Shown here: positions 37,005-49,003 of the stretch, in pieces | Position numbering within the stretch: position 1 is the stretch's first letter | How the letters are laid out: each line of letters begins with the position of its first letter | DNA from: an uncultured Candidatus Saccharibacteria bacterium | Lineage (GTDB): Bacteria; Patescibacteriota; Minisyncoccia; Phycocordibacterales; Phycocordibacteraceae | Assembly (NCBI GenBank): GCA_964469405.1 | Contig: CAYXYP010000001.1 | Coordinates: 36,782 to 100,781, forward strand | Direction: 5' to 3' | DNA: 64,000 nt | Notes under the pieces: model-generated | Databases searched by the model: none | Seen by the model: the letters and a program-made list of their open reading frames with translations, nothing else | Told to the model about the DNA's origin: nothing | Position numbers and translations under genes: made by a program

Positions 37005-38357
37005 TTAGAGCACGGGAGTCAACAGAATAACATCTCCCGCAGACAGACCTGAGAGAATTTGTGTCTGCCCAAGCGCAGGAGAGGGACCGATAGTGACCGC
37101 CCGCGAAACAACTGCATTATTTTTAACAACAGACACATAGGACGCACCTTTTTTCGTGCCGACCGAACCTGTAGGGATGACGATGGCACCCCGTAGAACA
37201 CCGCTCACAATGGTCACATTCGCCGTCATACCACTCCTGATTGATGGATCCTCTTTAAGAAATCTGAGTGTCGTTTTGTACGTAGGCACACCGTCTTTCA
37301 TAGTTTCTGCCGGATCTACGGCAACGACCGCTGCAGGAAATGCTATCGAAGACCCATATGCATCAAGCGTTGTTGTCGCCGAATTCCCCGGGGCAATACG
37401 CGAGATTGCTACTTCGGGAATGTACGTTTCAATCTCAAATATGCCATTACTTTGCATAGAGATTTCGGACATGGTCGGTGACACTATCTCGCCAACTTTT
37501 GCATCCATACGTGTCACTGTGCCGGAAAACGGCGCGACAACACGCGTTGCCGCAAGCTTCGCTTGCGCAGAGCGAATATCGGCCGCAGCAGCAGCTACTG
37601 CTGCTTCTTGAGCAGCAACCGCTTCGCCCGTCGAGCCGGCCTGCTTGAGTACGAGTGTGCTTTCTGCTGCGCTGCGAGCTGTCATGCTCGTCGTAAGCGC
37701 GGTAGCAGCAGTATTTACATTGGTACGGGCAATAGCGAGTGTCGTTGCATAAGACGAAATAGTTGCAGCAGTAGAGGTCTGATTCGGAACGCCCTGATTA
37801 AGTGCGGTATTTGCATCAGCGAGAAGTGTTGCGACTTGAACAAGATACACTTGCGCCTGTTTTGCCGAATCAACGGCATTTGCATTTGAAAGTTTTGAAA
37901 CAAGAAGCGCCCAACTTGCGAGTGCGGACTCGGTAGCTATACGATCATTTTCCACTAGTCTCTCCAGATTCAAGTTTGCAACAATGAATGTAAGTTTTGG
38001 ATTGGTACGAGGGTCTGTAAAAAAAGAATCGGCACGATTGTGAACAGCGTCATCGCAGACAGTATAGGCATTTTGTATGGCATTTACGAGTGCTGAATCG
38101 GCACTCGCTACTGAAATGGAGGCGACTGCAATTTCCTCAGGTCGCGTTCCCGCTTGAAGCGATGCGAGATTTGCCAGTGATTGTGCCTGCGCGGCCTGCT
38201 TCTGAGCCACTACTGCAATAAGGTCACCATTTTCCGTCTCCGCAAGAATCGTGCCCTCCTCGACTCGTTGGCCCACCTTCGCGTAGGTGCCAACTATACG
38301 CCCACTTGTGGCAAACCCTAAATCAACATTCTCTGCAGAGATAACCGTACCAGACAC
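37005..38357 (-). CDS. HlyD/MacA-family periplasmic adaptor (membrane fusion protein)
   Basis: Biotin-lipoyl-like hairpin motifs and long coiled-coil Ala/Gln-rich region. The in-frame upstream extension to ~38480 encodes the expected TM anchor but has no ATG/GTG/TTG. Confidence 0.65.
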   Translation of the reverse strand: MSGTVISAENVDLGFATSGRIVGTYAKVGQRVEEGTILAETENGDLIAVVAQKQAAQAQSLANLASLQAGTRPEEIAVASISVASADSALVNAIQNAYTVCDDAVHNRADSFFTDPRTNPKLTFIVANLNLERLVENDRIATESALASWALLVSKLSNANAVDSAKQAQVYLVQVATLLADANTALNQGVPNQTSTAATISSYATTLAIARTNVNTAATALTTSMTARSAAESTLVLKQAGSTGEAVAAQEAAVAAAAADIRSAQAKLAATRVVAPFSGTVTRMDAKVGEIVSPTMSEISMQSNGIFEIETYIPEVAISRIAPGNSATTTLDAYGSSIAFPAAVVAVDPAETMKDGVPTYKTTLRFLKEDPSIRSGMTANVTIVSGVLRGAIVIPTGSVGTKKGASYVSVVKNNAVVSRAVTIGPSPALGQTQILSGLSAGDVILLTPVL

Positions 38358-38550
38358 ACTTATCTGCTCGCTAAAATCACTTGGGGAAATAGTGAGCGTC
38401 GCTCCGAGACTTGTTCCACCTCCAAGGTAGAAATAGCCGCCAATGATAAGAATAACTACCGCCGCAAGTGCATAGCGCCATTGTGCAAATTCGAGACTTT
38501 TAATGAAAGCAGGTATGTTGACGAGTGTACCATTAGGCTATACTAAGCGC

Positions 38551-39258
38551 ACTATGTCGCTTATATCCATCGGTATTCTTATACTCGTCACCATCAGCGT
38601 TGTCTTCCTCGCTCGTCCACGACGATTTTATCTCATTCGCCATGGCGAGACGATTTTGAACTCCCAACATATCCGACAAGGTGAAGAAGGAGCACTTTCG
38701 AAAAAAGGTCAGCACCAAGCAGATATGGTTGGTCACTATCTCGAACGTTTCCACATAAAGAAAATAATCTCGAGTACCTACCCACGCGCGGAGGAAACCG
38801 CGGCGATTATCAATGCTCATATCAAGGTGCCTATCGCGTATTCTTCGCTCTTCGCTGAACGTCGCAACCCGAGCGAGATTATCGGAAAACGTACCGACGA
38901 CCCGGAGGTTATTCGTATCGTCGATAAGATAGATTACGCATACCATAAGGACGAATACCGTTTTTCTGACGAAGAGACTTTCATTGATTTGAAAAAACGC
39001 GCAAAAAAATGCCTCGGCCTACTCATGCGCCACAGAAAGCTCGAGACCGCTATTGTTACGCACCATCTTTTTCTTAAGATGCTCGTCGCCTATATGCTCT
39101 ATCGCGAGCAACTCCATGCTGCAGATTTTGTGAAGCTTGCATTCTTTAACGTCTCAGATAACGCCGGTATCACCGTCTGTGAATTTCATCCGTGGAAACT
39201 GTTCTCAAAAACACGTGGTTGGGAAATCGTGAGCTACAACGAACAACCGGAAGACTAA
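38551..39258 (+). CDS. histidine phosphatase (phosphoglycerate mutase family) protein
   Basis: 'RHGET' catalytic motif near the N-terminus. Confidence 0.7.
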   Translation, partial: TMSLISIGILILVTISVVFLARPRRFYLIRHGETILNSQHIRQGEEGALSKKGQHQADMVGHYLERFHIKKIISSTYPRAEETAAIINAHIKVPIAYSSLFAERRNPSEIIGKRTDDPEVIRIVDKIDYAYHKDEYRFSDEETFIDLKKRAKKCLGLLMRHRKLETAIVTHHLFLKMLVAYMLYREQLHAADFVKLAFFNVSDNAGITVCEFHPWKLFSKTRGWEIVSYNEQPED

Positions 39259-39320
39259 GGGAATGTAGCGACGCTTTGGAACCACAATACGCGAAACAGG
39301 ATACGCGGTTTTTGAGATAA

Positions 39321-40967
<1,647 letters not shown>

Positions 40968-40987
40968 TTAATGGAAAATGAAAGCGC

Positions 40988-41293
40988 TTAATTCAAGATG
41001 CCGAGAATGCCGGATTCCGAAAGAATGTAATATTCCTGCCCCTCGATCTTTACTTCGTCGTAGCCGTATTTACTGAAGAGCACCACATCCCCAACCTTCA
41101 CCTGCATAGGCACACGATTCCCCTCTTCATACTTTCCTGGACCAACGGCAACTACTTTGCCCTTTGCGGGACGCTCCTTATCAACTGTCTCAGGAATAAT
41201 GATGCCGGAAGCGAGTTTCTTCTCCCCTTCCTTGTCCGAAGGCCTCACAACTATACGATCGCCCAGCGGTGTGATTTCAAATTTCTTTGCCAT
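40988..41293 (-). CDS. groS: co-chaperonin GroES
   Basis: 101-aa GroES. Confidence 0.9.
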   Translation of the reverse strand: MAKKFEITPLGDRIVVRPSDKEGEKKLASGIIIPETVDKERPAKGKVVAVGPGKYEEGNRVPMQVKVGDVVLFSKYGYDEVKIEGQEYYILSESGILGILN

Positions 41294-41462
41294 AGCGTTC
41301 TATAATATAAAGGAATAATCTTGTCCGTATTGAACGTGTATACCGAGTATAAAGAAGACTTTGCTTTCCTGCAAAGGACTTGACAAAAAGTAACATTTTG
41401 CTATTCTGGAGCCCAGAGATATTTATTTTTGCGCCTAACCTATTAGTTAGTAGGAGGTATCT

Positions 41463-41633
41463 ATGTTGTCGGCATGGGTCGTTCCACTAGAGCTTGGTGT
41501 AGCGATAGTACTAATCTGTATAATCGCATTCGCGTTGACCAAGTGGGCAATCCGAAAAATGCGCGCAGAGAAACCGCGTCGGAAAAGACGGCACATAGCC
41601 GAGATATTCAGCAGCGAATGAGTCGTGAACAAA
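41463..41633 (+). CDS. small (56-aa) single-TM protein, not in the supplied ORF track
   Basis: SD GGAGG 7 nt upstream of the ATG; ORF MLSAWVVPLELGVAIVLICIIAFALTKWAIRKMRAEKPRRKRRHIAEIFSSE; hairpin terminator immediately downstream. Confidence 0.4.
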
Positions 41634-41635
41634 AC

Positions 41636-41672
41636 AGCGCCGCGAGAGGTAATCCTCCGCGGCGTTTTTGTC
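41636..41672 (+). terminator. rho-independent terminator
   Basis: 'CGCCGCGAGAGGTAATCCTCCGCGGCG' followed by TTTTTG. Confidence 0.65.
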
Positions 41673-41729
41673 TACTTTTGTACCTTGCTTGCATGGTATT
41701 AAGCGCCTATGGTATCCTAAAAGGCACAG

Positions 41730-41969
41730 ATGGAGGCACTCGTATCGGCACTACCGTACGCAGAAATTGTCCTCGGAGTACTTCTCATCGTCGGTATCGT
41801 GCTCCAGCAGCGCGGTGCGACCCTCGGCGGAGCCTTCGGAGGCGATAATTTCGCGTCAACGTTTTACAAGCGCAGAGGCGCCGAGAAATTTCTATTCAAT
41901 GCGACAGCCGTTATCGCGCTCATACTTGTGCTCGCAGCGATAGCAAACTTCCTTCTTGTGAGGTCATGA
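41730..41969 (+). CDS. secG: preprotein translocase subunit SecG
   Basis: Two TM segments with a Gly-rich 'GGAFGG' loop. Confidence 0.7.
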   Translation: MEALVSALPYAEIVLGVLLIVGIVLQQRGATLGGAFGGDNFASTFYKRRGAEKFLFNATAVIALILVLAAIANFLLVRS

Positions 41970-43738
41970 TCGCCACAGAGAACGATTTGAGCGAGCAGCC
42001 ATCTAACGGCGTCTCCATCAAGAAACGTTTCCAGCTCTGGCAGGAACACATTACGCGCCCACGTACGATTCAACTATTCGAGCGTATACATGAGCGCATA
42101 CGCTCCTTCTCACCTGGCGATCGTTTCCTATTTTATGTACTTATGATTTTCGTCAGTATCGCCTCTCTTTCCAACCTCTACACACTGGAGCAATCGCTCT
42201 TGGTGCAAGTGCCAGCGTATGGAGGAAGTCTAACCGAAGGCGCAATTGGGAGTCCGCAATTCATAAATCCGCTCCTTGCAATCAGCGACGCAGACCGAGA
42301 CCTTTCCAGTCTCGCCTATGCCGGGCTTATGGGTCTCTCTGGCACCGGATCTCTCGTGCCGGTACTTGCTGAAAGTTACACGATGAGTGATGACGGAAGG
42401 ACCTACGATTTCATCCTGCGCAAAAATGCAAAATTCTCTGATGGAACGTCTGTTACTGCAGACGATATTGTCTTCACCGTAGGGAAAGCGCAGAATCCTG
42501 AGCTCAAGAGCCCAAAATATGCCGACTGGTCCGGCGTAAGTGTAAAAATGATCGATCAACACACGGTACGATTTACACTCTCGAAACCCTACGCGCCTTT
42601 CCTTGGACTCACCACCTTGGGAATTCTCCCCTCTCGACTCTGGCAGAATATATTGAATGAGGAGTTCCCTTTCTCCAACCTTGAGACGAATCCTGTGGGC
42701 GCCGGACCTTTCAAAGTCACCAGCATTTCGCGTGATGTGTCTGGACTTATCAAGAGTGTATCGTTCGCTCAGAATCCATTCTATGTACTCGGTCGACCGT
42801 ATCTTGATAACGTTCGTTTCATCTTCTATTCAAGAAGTGAGGATCTCGCAAAATCTCTCTCAAATGGAACCGTAGAGAGCGCCCATGATGTCTCGATGAA
42901 GGGAGTATTGACCGCCCCCTATGCCCGTGTTTTTGGTGTATTCTTTAACCCGAGCGAGAAACAAGTGTACGCGCGAGCGGAAGTACGTAAGGCACTCTCG
43001 CTCGCGCTTGATCGACAAGATATTGTCGATACAGTCCTCGGCGGTTATGCAACGGAAATTATTGGTCCGGTACCCCCTGGTGAAAATGTGAATCAGACTG
43101 TAGTTCCGAGGTCGGAGAACCCCACAGCAACTGCCGCTGCGGTACTTCAGGCTTCGGGATGGCTCTATGATGGATCTGCGCGAATATGGAAGAATGCGAG
43201 CGCGAAACAGACGCTTGATCGCATCACAATACGTACTTCGAACGTGCCCGAACTTAAGAATGTCGCAAGCGCAGTGAAAGCGGATTGGGAGCGCTTAGGA
43301 ATCTCTACCGATATCGAACTCTACGAACCGGGAGATCTTTCTCAAAATGTGATCCGCCCGCGGAAATACGAAGCACTCCTCTACGGTATGGTCATAGGTC
43401 GTGATCAGGATCTTTATGCGTTCTGGCATTCGCAGGAACGCAACGATCCGGGTCTCAACATCGCACGATATGCAAATAAAACTGTTGATGCTCTCCTCGA
43501 GGAGGCACGCAGTTCAGTCGACCAAAAGACACGCGCAGACGATCTTCAGAAAATTGAAGACCTTATCGCTGCAGATTATCCAGCGGCGTTTATTTATGCA
43601 CCGAACTTCACGTACGTCGTACCGAACGATCTTAAAGGTGTCGCCCTCTCGCAGATTATTACCCCCGTCGATCGTTTTGCGACAATTGCGTCGTGGTACA
43701 GAACGACCGATTCGGTCTGGCCATTTTTTGCAAATTAG
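41966..43738 (+). CDS. ABC transporter substrate-binding protein, family 5 (oligopeptide/nickel type), N-terminally anchored
   Basis: SBP_bac_5 signature region 'AESYTMSDDGRTYDFILRKNAKFSDGTSVTADDIVFT'. Confidence 0.8.
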   Translation: MIATENDLSEQPSNGVSIKKRFQLWQEHITRPRTIQLFERIHERIRSFSPGDRFLFYVLMIFVSIASLSNLYTLEQSLLVQVPAYGGSLTEGAIGSPQFINPLLAISDADRDLSSLAYAGLMGLSGTGSLVPVLAESYTMSDDGRTYDFILRKNAKFSDGTSVTADDIVFTVGKAQNPELKSPKYADWSGVSVKMIDQHTVRFTLSKPYAPFLGLTTLGILPSRLWQNILNEEFPFSNLETNPVGAGPFKVTSISRDVSGLIKSVSFAQNPFYVLGRPYLDNVRFIFYSRSEDLAKSLSNGTVESAHDVSMKGVLTAPYARVFGVFFNPSEKQVYARAEVRKALSLALDRQDIVDTVLGGYATEIIGPVPPGENVNQTVVPRSENPTATAAAVLQASGWLYDGSARIWKNASAKQTLDRITIRTSNVPELKNVASAVKADWERLGISTDIELYEPGDLSQNVIRPRKYEALLYGMVIGRDQDLYAFWHSQERNDPGLNIARYANKTVDALLEEARSSVDQKTRADDLQKIEDLIAADYPAAFIYAPNFTYVVPNDLKGVALSQIITPVDRFATIASWYRTTDSVWPFFAN

Positions 43739-43807
43739 CAGTGTTCATTATTTTCGTACGGGTTTCACTTTAACAATTTTACAACCCCGAATAACTCACT
43801 AATCGTT

Positions 43808-45709
43808 ATGAATCCAGCACCCGCACCTGCAGCCGCACCAAAACCGGAACAGGAAGCACACCCGAATCATGTTCGCCCTTCAGGAAATTTCGAACGTGGG
43901 AATCGCTCGGAACACCGAGGAACTCCACGTCCTGGCGGAGTTTCGCGCCGTATCCAGCGGATACTTCGTCGACCGAACGCTACGTCAACGCGGGCCGTTC
44001 GCTCTGTCGACTACTTCCCCGAGGCGCCCGGACCGACAACTGTTCGTATCATCCCTCTTGGTGGCGTAGAAGAAGTAGGCCGCAACATGGTTGCGGTTGA
44101 AGTTGGCGCAACCGGCGACATCATCGTCTTCGATGCAGGTTTCCAGTTCGTCTCCGAGGACTCTTCTCCTGGCGTCGACTACATTCTTCCAAATACTAAA
44201 TATCTCGAAAAGAACGCGGCCCGCGTGAAAGGCGTCATCATTACGCACGGACATCTCGACCACATCGGCGGCATTCCCTTCACCTTGCCGCGCTTTGGCA
44301 CGCCGCCCATCTACACACAGAAACTCACATCGGTCATGATTGCCCGCCGTCAGGAGGAATATCCGGACGTGCCGAAATCTGAAATGATTGTTGTAGAAGC
44401 TGGACAGTCAGTCGTCATCGGCAGTACACGAGTAAAGTTCTTCCCCGTTACGCACTCGATCCCTGACTCGATGGGTGCGTCGGTGGAAACGCCGCAAGGT
44501 AACGTCGTGATATCAGGCGATTTGAAGCTCGACCATGATGATGGAATTCCCTCTGCTCGCGAAAATAAGACGTGGGGCGACATTGGGAAAGACAAGAATA
44601 TTTTCCTCGTTGCCGACTCAACGAACGCAGAAAAAGATGGCTTCTCTATTCCAGAAATACGCGTCATTCAGACGCTTGAAAACATCATAAAGACCGTTTC
44701 AGGACGCCTCATTATCGGCACATTCGCCTCGCAGTTCGAGCGCATGATCCACATCATGGAAACCGCAGAGAAACACAATAAAAAGATTGTCCTTGTCGGT
44801 CGTTCAATAAAGACCAATCTCGAAATTGCCGAGAAAACCGGCCTCTTGAAAGTACCCAAAGATACCTTCATCCCTGAACAGGAGCTTGGCGACTACCCGC
44901 CAGACAAGATTGTCATCCTATCGACCGGCGCACAGGGTGAAGAGTTCGGTGGACTCATGCGTCTCTCAACAAAGCAGAATAAATACATCACACTCAATGA
45001 GCGCGACACTATCGTGCTCTCCTCTTCGGTCATCCCGGGCAACGAAATAGCGGTTCAGAAATTGAAGGACAACCTCTACCGCCACAACGTAACACTCATT
45101 CACTATCGCTCATCAGATGTCCACTCGACCGGCCACGGCAATACAGGAGAACTCGTCTGGATCAATAAGCAAGTACACCCGACATTCTTTATGCCAGGCT
45201 ATGGCTATCGCTCCATGACCACGTGCCACGCAAAGGCGGTCGAGCAATCCGGCTTTCCGCGTGAGAACATCATCCTCGCGGACAACGGCACCGTTATCGA
45301 TATCGAGGACGGCGTACGGCTGAATGTGCACAAACAAAAAGTCCCTTCCACGCCGATGGTTGTCGACGGCTTTACTATTGGCGACATACAGGAGGTCGTC
45401 ATCCGCGACCGCCAATCACTCGCGAAGGACGGGATGTTCGTCATTATTGCGAGCGTTAACTTAAAAACCGGGAAGCTTCGCAAATCGCCCGACATCATCA
45501 GTCGTGGATTCATCTATTTGCGTGAATCACAAAATCTTCTGAACGAGGCGCGTATCCTTATAAAAAAGACGATTGAGGACTCCACACAGAATATGAACCC
45601 GGTCGATCTCGATTATGTGAAGAACAATCTCACTGATGTGCTAGCTGGATTCCTATTTTCCCGCACCAACAAAGCTCCGATGGTAATTCCTGTGCTTATC
45701 GGAATGTGA
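43808..45709 (+). CDS. rnj: ribonuclease J (MBL/beta-CASP) with a low-complexity N-terminal extension
   Basis: 'HGHLDHIGG' metallo-beta-lactamase motif, beta-CASP and C-terminal domains; ~90-aa Pro/Ala/Arg-rich N-terminal extension. Confidence 0.85.
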   Translation: MNPAPAPAAAPKPEQEAHPNHVRPSGNFERGNRSEHRGTPRPGGVSRRIQRILRRPNATSTRAVRSVDYFPEAPGPTTVRIIPLGGVEEVGRNMVAVEVGATGDIIVFDAGFQFVSEDSSPGVDYILPNTKYLEKNAARVKGVIITHGHLDHIGGIPFTLPRFGTPPIYTQKLTSVMIARRQEEYPDVPKSEMIVVEAGQSVVIGSTRVKFFPVTHSIPDSMGASVETPQGNVVISGDLKLDHDDGIPSARENKTWGDIGKDKNIFLVADSTNAEKDGFSIPEIRVIQTLENIIKTVSGRLIIGTFASQFERMIHIMETAEKHNKKIVLVGRSIKTNLEIAEKTGLLKVPKDTFIPEQELGDYPPDKIVILSTGAQGEEFGGLMRLSTKQNKYITLNERDTIVLSSSVIPGNEIAVQKLKDNLYRHNVTLIHYRSSDVHSTGHGNTGELVWINKQVHPTFFMPGYGYRSMTTCHAKAVEQSGFPRENIILADNGTVIDIEDGVRLNVHKQKVPSTPMVVDGFTIGDIQEVVIRDRQSLAKDGMFVIIASVNLKTGKLRKSPDIISRGFIYLRESQNLLNEARILIKKTIEDSTQNMNPVDLDYVKNNLTDVLAGFLFSRTNKAPMVIPVLIGM

Positions 45710-45738
45710 TTTTACTAAACGTAAAATCATGTCGATAA

Positions 45739-45771
45739 AAGAAAGCGCCGCATTTGCGGCGCTTTCTTTTA
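45739..45771. terminator. bidirectional rho-independent terminator
   Basis: 'AAAGAAAGCGCCGCAAATGCGGCGCTTTCTTTT'. Confidence 0.8.
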
Positions 45772-45817
45772 TCGACTAGCGGGGAGCCGCTCCCTCTCGT
45801 TGTAGTAATTTTAATCA

Positions 45818-46630
45818 CTAGAGCGGCAAGGCAAAAGCCTTGCCGCGCTTTTGTATGAGACCTTCAGTGCTGAGATCGTGAAGCGCTTGATGCACTTGAG
45901 GAACTCTCTCCCTATCGAAAAGATGTTTGAGACGCGCTTCAGTGCGTGAGCCCGTGGTAAGATCGCGAAGAATTGCGCCACGAACCTCTCGTAAAGAGCC
46001 AGCGAACTTCGACTGTTTCGTGTAGTTTCGAGTACGTGCATTATGCGAGACACCCGAACGCTTGAGGTGCGCTCCGTAGTCCATAAGTGCGCTATACCAT
46101 TCTCGCGACTTCCCTTTTGACAGCACTCCTGCGAGAATTTTTTCAATCTCCTTATCCGATATTTTTCTTTTATTCGGGAAGAAATGAGAAATAACTGCTG
46201 TGCGAATATTTGTCTCAATCATGATGACATCCTGATTGTATGCAAACGTCGCTACCGCACGCGCAGTATAAGGACCAACACCGGGAAACGCTTGGATCTC
46301 TTCAACGCTCTTTGGAAATTCCCCGCCGTAGTTCTTAATCAATTCTTTTGCAGCTTGATGCAGCATTTTCGCACGACGATTGTAGCCGAGTCCTTGCCAG
46401 CTTTGGAGCACCTCGGGGAGTGACGCCTTCGCGAGCGCACGAGCGGTCGGAAACTTCTTTAGAAAGTTTTTATAGAAAGGAATTACACGCTCCACTTGCG
46501 TCTGCTGTAGCATCACTTCCGAAACAAGAATTCTGTATGGGTCTTTCGTCTTCCGCCATGGCAGATCATGTCGCCCAGATTTTTTATAATGCGTCCAAAC
46601 AATTTTACGGAATATCGCGCTTCCTGACAT
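45818..46630 (-). CDS. mutY: A/G-specific adenine glycosylase (MutY family, HhH-GPD)
   Basis: 'ILVSEVMLQQTQV' HhH-GPD N-terminal motif. Confidence 0.65.
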   Translation of the reverse strand: MSGSAIFRKIVWTHYKKSGRHDLPWRKTKDPYRILVSEVMLQQTQVERVIPFYKNFLKKFPTARALAKASLPEVLQSWQGLGYNRRAKMLHQAAKELIKNYGGEFPKSVEEIQAFPGVGPYTARAVATFAYNQDVIMIETNIRTAVISHFFPNKRKISDKEIEKILAGVLSKGKSREWYSALMDYGAHLKRSGVSHNARTRNYTKQSKFAGSLREVRGAILRDLTTGSRTEARLKHLFDRERVPQVHQALHDLSTEGLIQKRGKAFALPL

Positions 46631-46636
46631 ACATAC

Positions 46637-47305
46637 TCACTTCGCCTTCGGCCAGCAAAGGGCGGCAGGCGGCCAGAGTTTCGTAAGAGGATGTCCGGCA
46701 CAATCGTGCGGGCGCGCGGGACATACGTACCTGCCGTAAAGAACGAGACCATTGTTCACGTATTTCCAATCTTTTTTTGGTATGAGAGCCTCGAGATCTT
46801 TCGAGATCTTTGTCAGGTCAGTATTGTCGGCGAGGTCGAATCGTTTAGCGAAACGCTTTACGTGAGTGTCAGTCGGAATACCTTCCCATATGTCATGAAG
46901 GTCACCAAGAATAACGTGCGCCGTCTTGTAGCCCACGCCTGGTAATTCGACAAGCTCTGCTTCGGTCTGCGGCACGATCCCGTTGTGTCGCGCATGGATC
47001 TCTTTCGCTGCCCCGATAATCGCCTTTGCTTTATTTCGAAAGAATGTGACGGAAGAAATTTCTTTTGTAAAAATCGCTGGCTTCGCGTTCGCAAAATCAT
47101 GTGGCGTTTTATATTTCTTAAAGAGAGTTGCGGTCAGTTTATTTACTGCTTTATCAGTACACTGCGCCGACAGTATGACTGCCACAACAAATTGAAACGG
47201 TGCCGTATGTACGAGCTCGCTCTTCGGAGTTGGGTATGTCCTTTTTAGGTACGAGACGATTTTCTTTGCACGGAGCGCCCGTTCTTTTTGTTTCGCCGGG
47301 GTCAT
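46637..47305 (-). CDS. nth: endonuclease III
   Basis: HhH-GPD plus C-terminal 4Fe-4S Cys cluster (C-x6-C-x2-C-x5-C). Confidence 0.8.
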   Translation of the reverse strand: MTPAKQKERALRAKKIVSYLKRTYPTPKSELVHTAPFQFVVAVILSAQCTDKAVNKLTATLFKKYKTPHDFANAKPAIFTKEISSVTFFRNKAKAIIGAAKEIHARHNGIVPQTEAELVELPGVGYKTAHVILGDLHDIWEGIPTDTHVKRFAKRFDLADNTDLTKISKDLEALIPKKDWKYVNNGLVLYGRYVCPARPHDCAGHPLTKLWPPAALCWPKAK

Positions 47306-47775
47306 CGAGCCAGTATTTTCAGATCAGCAATAACTTCCGTCGCATGTACTTCAGGCTTCACTTTTTCATACACCTTTGCGATCTCCCCTTCTGGATCGAC
47401 GAGGAACGACGTGCGTCGCGTGCCCATGTACGTTTTCCCCATAAATTTTTTCTCACCAAACACACCATACTGCCCTACCACTTCTTTATTCACATCAGCA
47501 AGAAGGGTAAACGGTAATTCGTAGGCACTCGCAAATTTCTTATGACTTGCGACACTGTCGGTTGAAACTCCGAGTACGATTGCATCGATGTTAGTAAAAT
47601 CTTTGAATTGATCCCGAATTGTGCAGGCCTCAATCGTGCACCCCGGAGTATCATCCTTCGGATAAAAATAGAGCAGGAACCACTTCCCCTTATAATCAGA
47701 GAGACTGTGCTCCTTCCCTTCTTGATCAGGAAGAGTGAAGGCGGGCGCTCGAGTACCAATTTCCGGTATTTCCAT
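47302..47775 (-). CDS. bcp: peroxiredoxin Bcp (thiol peroxidase)
   Basis: 'FYPKDDTPGCT' peroxidatic Cys motif. Confidence 0.85.
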   Translation of the reverse strand: MEIPEIGTRAPAFTLPDQEGKEHSLSDYKGKWFLLYFYPKDDTPGCTIEACTIRDQFKDFTNIDAIVLGVSTDSVASHKKFASAYELPFTLLADVNKEVVGQYGVFGEKKFMGKTYMGTRRTSFLVDPEGEIAKVYEKVKPEVHATEVIADLKILAR

Positions 47776-47783
47776 TGGCGCAA

Positions 47784-48995
47784 CTATAGCATCTCAGACG
47801 TATGTTCCTCGTGAGGGAAAGCAAAATTGAAGAAAATGAGGAGGAGCGCACCCGCAGAAAAGATAGTAAAGAGAAGGAGGATAGAGACGCCAACGACAGG
47901 TACGAGTGCGATGAGCGAGAACGCGAGCATGCCGAACACACCATCGCGCCACAACACCGTTTCTCGTTTTGAAAATTGACGTGCAAATATACCACCGATC
48001 AAAATACCTGCGTAGAGAAGCGCGAAAAGTACGAGTAACGCGTACAGGATAATGAGAAGGAGCGCGAGACCAATACCGACAAACGTAAGAGCGAGCAGAG
48101 TAACGAGGACCGGTGCTGCCACAAGTATCGCAAAACCAAGCAACATCGTAAGAAAAATACCCCTCACGCGTGCAGTATAGGCGCGATCAACGACTGCTTC
48201 CGCAAGCCTTGGGAAAAGACCGGCCAAAAGTCCCGCAAGAATAAGTGCACCAAAAATACGAACGAAAAGGAAGAATCCGATACTCACGAGCGCAAGTATG
48301 CGCGATGTGCCGATATCAGGCAGGTAAGAAGCGTTTGTATATTTAACACCCCCGATTATCGTCGCTGATGCAGGGATTATCGCCGTTTCAGGCGCTTCAT
48401 AGGAGAACTTCCCGCGAATAGTAGTCCCCTCTGCAAGAGTAACTCGACCACTCGCAACGATGTCGACATCGTCTACGAAGTCGCCCGCAAGTGAGATATT
48501 ATTGCCATACAAAGTGACGGGACCCAATGCGCCGTTGGTCAAAGTGGCGTTCGCGGCAATGATAAAGGTACTCCCCATTGAACGACCGGAATCGTGAACG
48601 GAAAGCCCGAGGGCGACAAGATCACCTCCGACCGGTTCTCCAATCGTAATACTTCCGCCCATTGCCCGAAGATCTCCGCCTATTTTTGCGCGTGAACTTA
48701 TCGAACCCGCAATAAGGAGCTCATCGCCATCCACTCTTGCCGCAGTTACAATCGACCCGCCAAAAGCTGAGAAGTCGCCGGCAACTGGCGCAGTAAGTAC
48801 GACTGAAGCACCTGCGGCATATGCATTCCCAGGCGAAGAACTTGTGGCAATCAGTGACTGCGCAGCAAAGAAAGACGCCGGACCATTAGCTGCAAGCACA
48901 CTCAGTGGCAGGAGGAACGAAATAGATAGAGCGACCAAGACACGCTTCATAACGAGTAGGATACGCTCTTGGATACCCCTACGCAACTGATACAC
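47784..48995 (-). CDS. membrane protein with bactofilin-like/beta-helical repeat domain and C-terminal multi-TM region
   Basis: Signal peptide; repetitive 'GGxL/GGSI' strands; long hydrophobic C-terminal third. Confidence 0.4.
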   Translation of the reverse strand: MYQLRRGIQERILLVMKRVLVALSISFLLPLSVLAANGPASFFAAQSLIATSSSPGNAYAAGASVVLTAPVAGDFSAFGGSIVTAARVDGDELLIAGSISSRAKIGGDLRAMGGSITIGEPVGGDLVALGLSVHDSGRSMGSTFIIAANATLTNGALGPVTLYGNNISLAGDFVDDVDIVASGRVTLAEGTTIRGKFSYEAPETAIIPASATIIGGVKYTNASYLPDIGTSRILALVSIGFFLFVRIFGALILAGLLAGLFPRLAEAVVDRAYTARVRGIFLTMLLGFAILVAAPVLVTLLALTFVGIGLALLLIILYALLVLFALLYAGILIGGIFARQFSKRETVLWRDGVFGMLAFSLIALVPVVGVSILLLFTIFSAGALLLIFFNFAFPHEEHTSEML

Positions 48996-49003
48996 TAAAA
49001 CAG

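Noticed and set aside
41474-41848. 124-aa ORF 41474..41848 (+)
   Set aside because: Arg-rich, low-complexity translation overlapping the better-supported small TM ORF, its terminator and the secG start.
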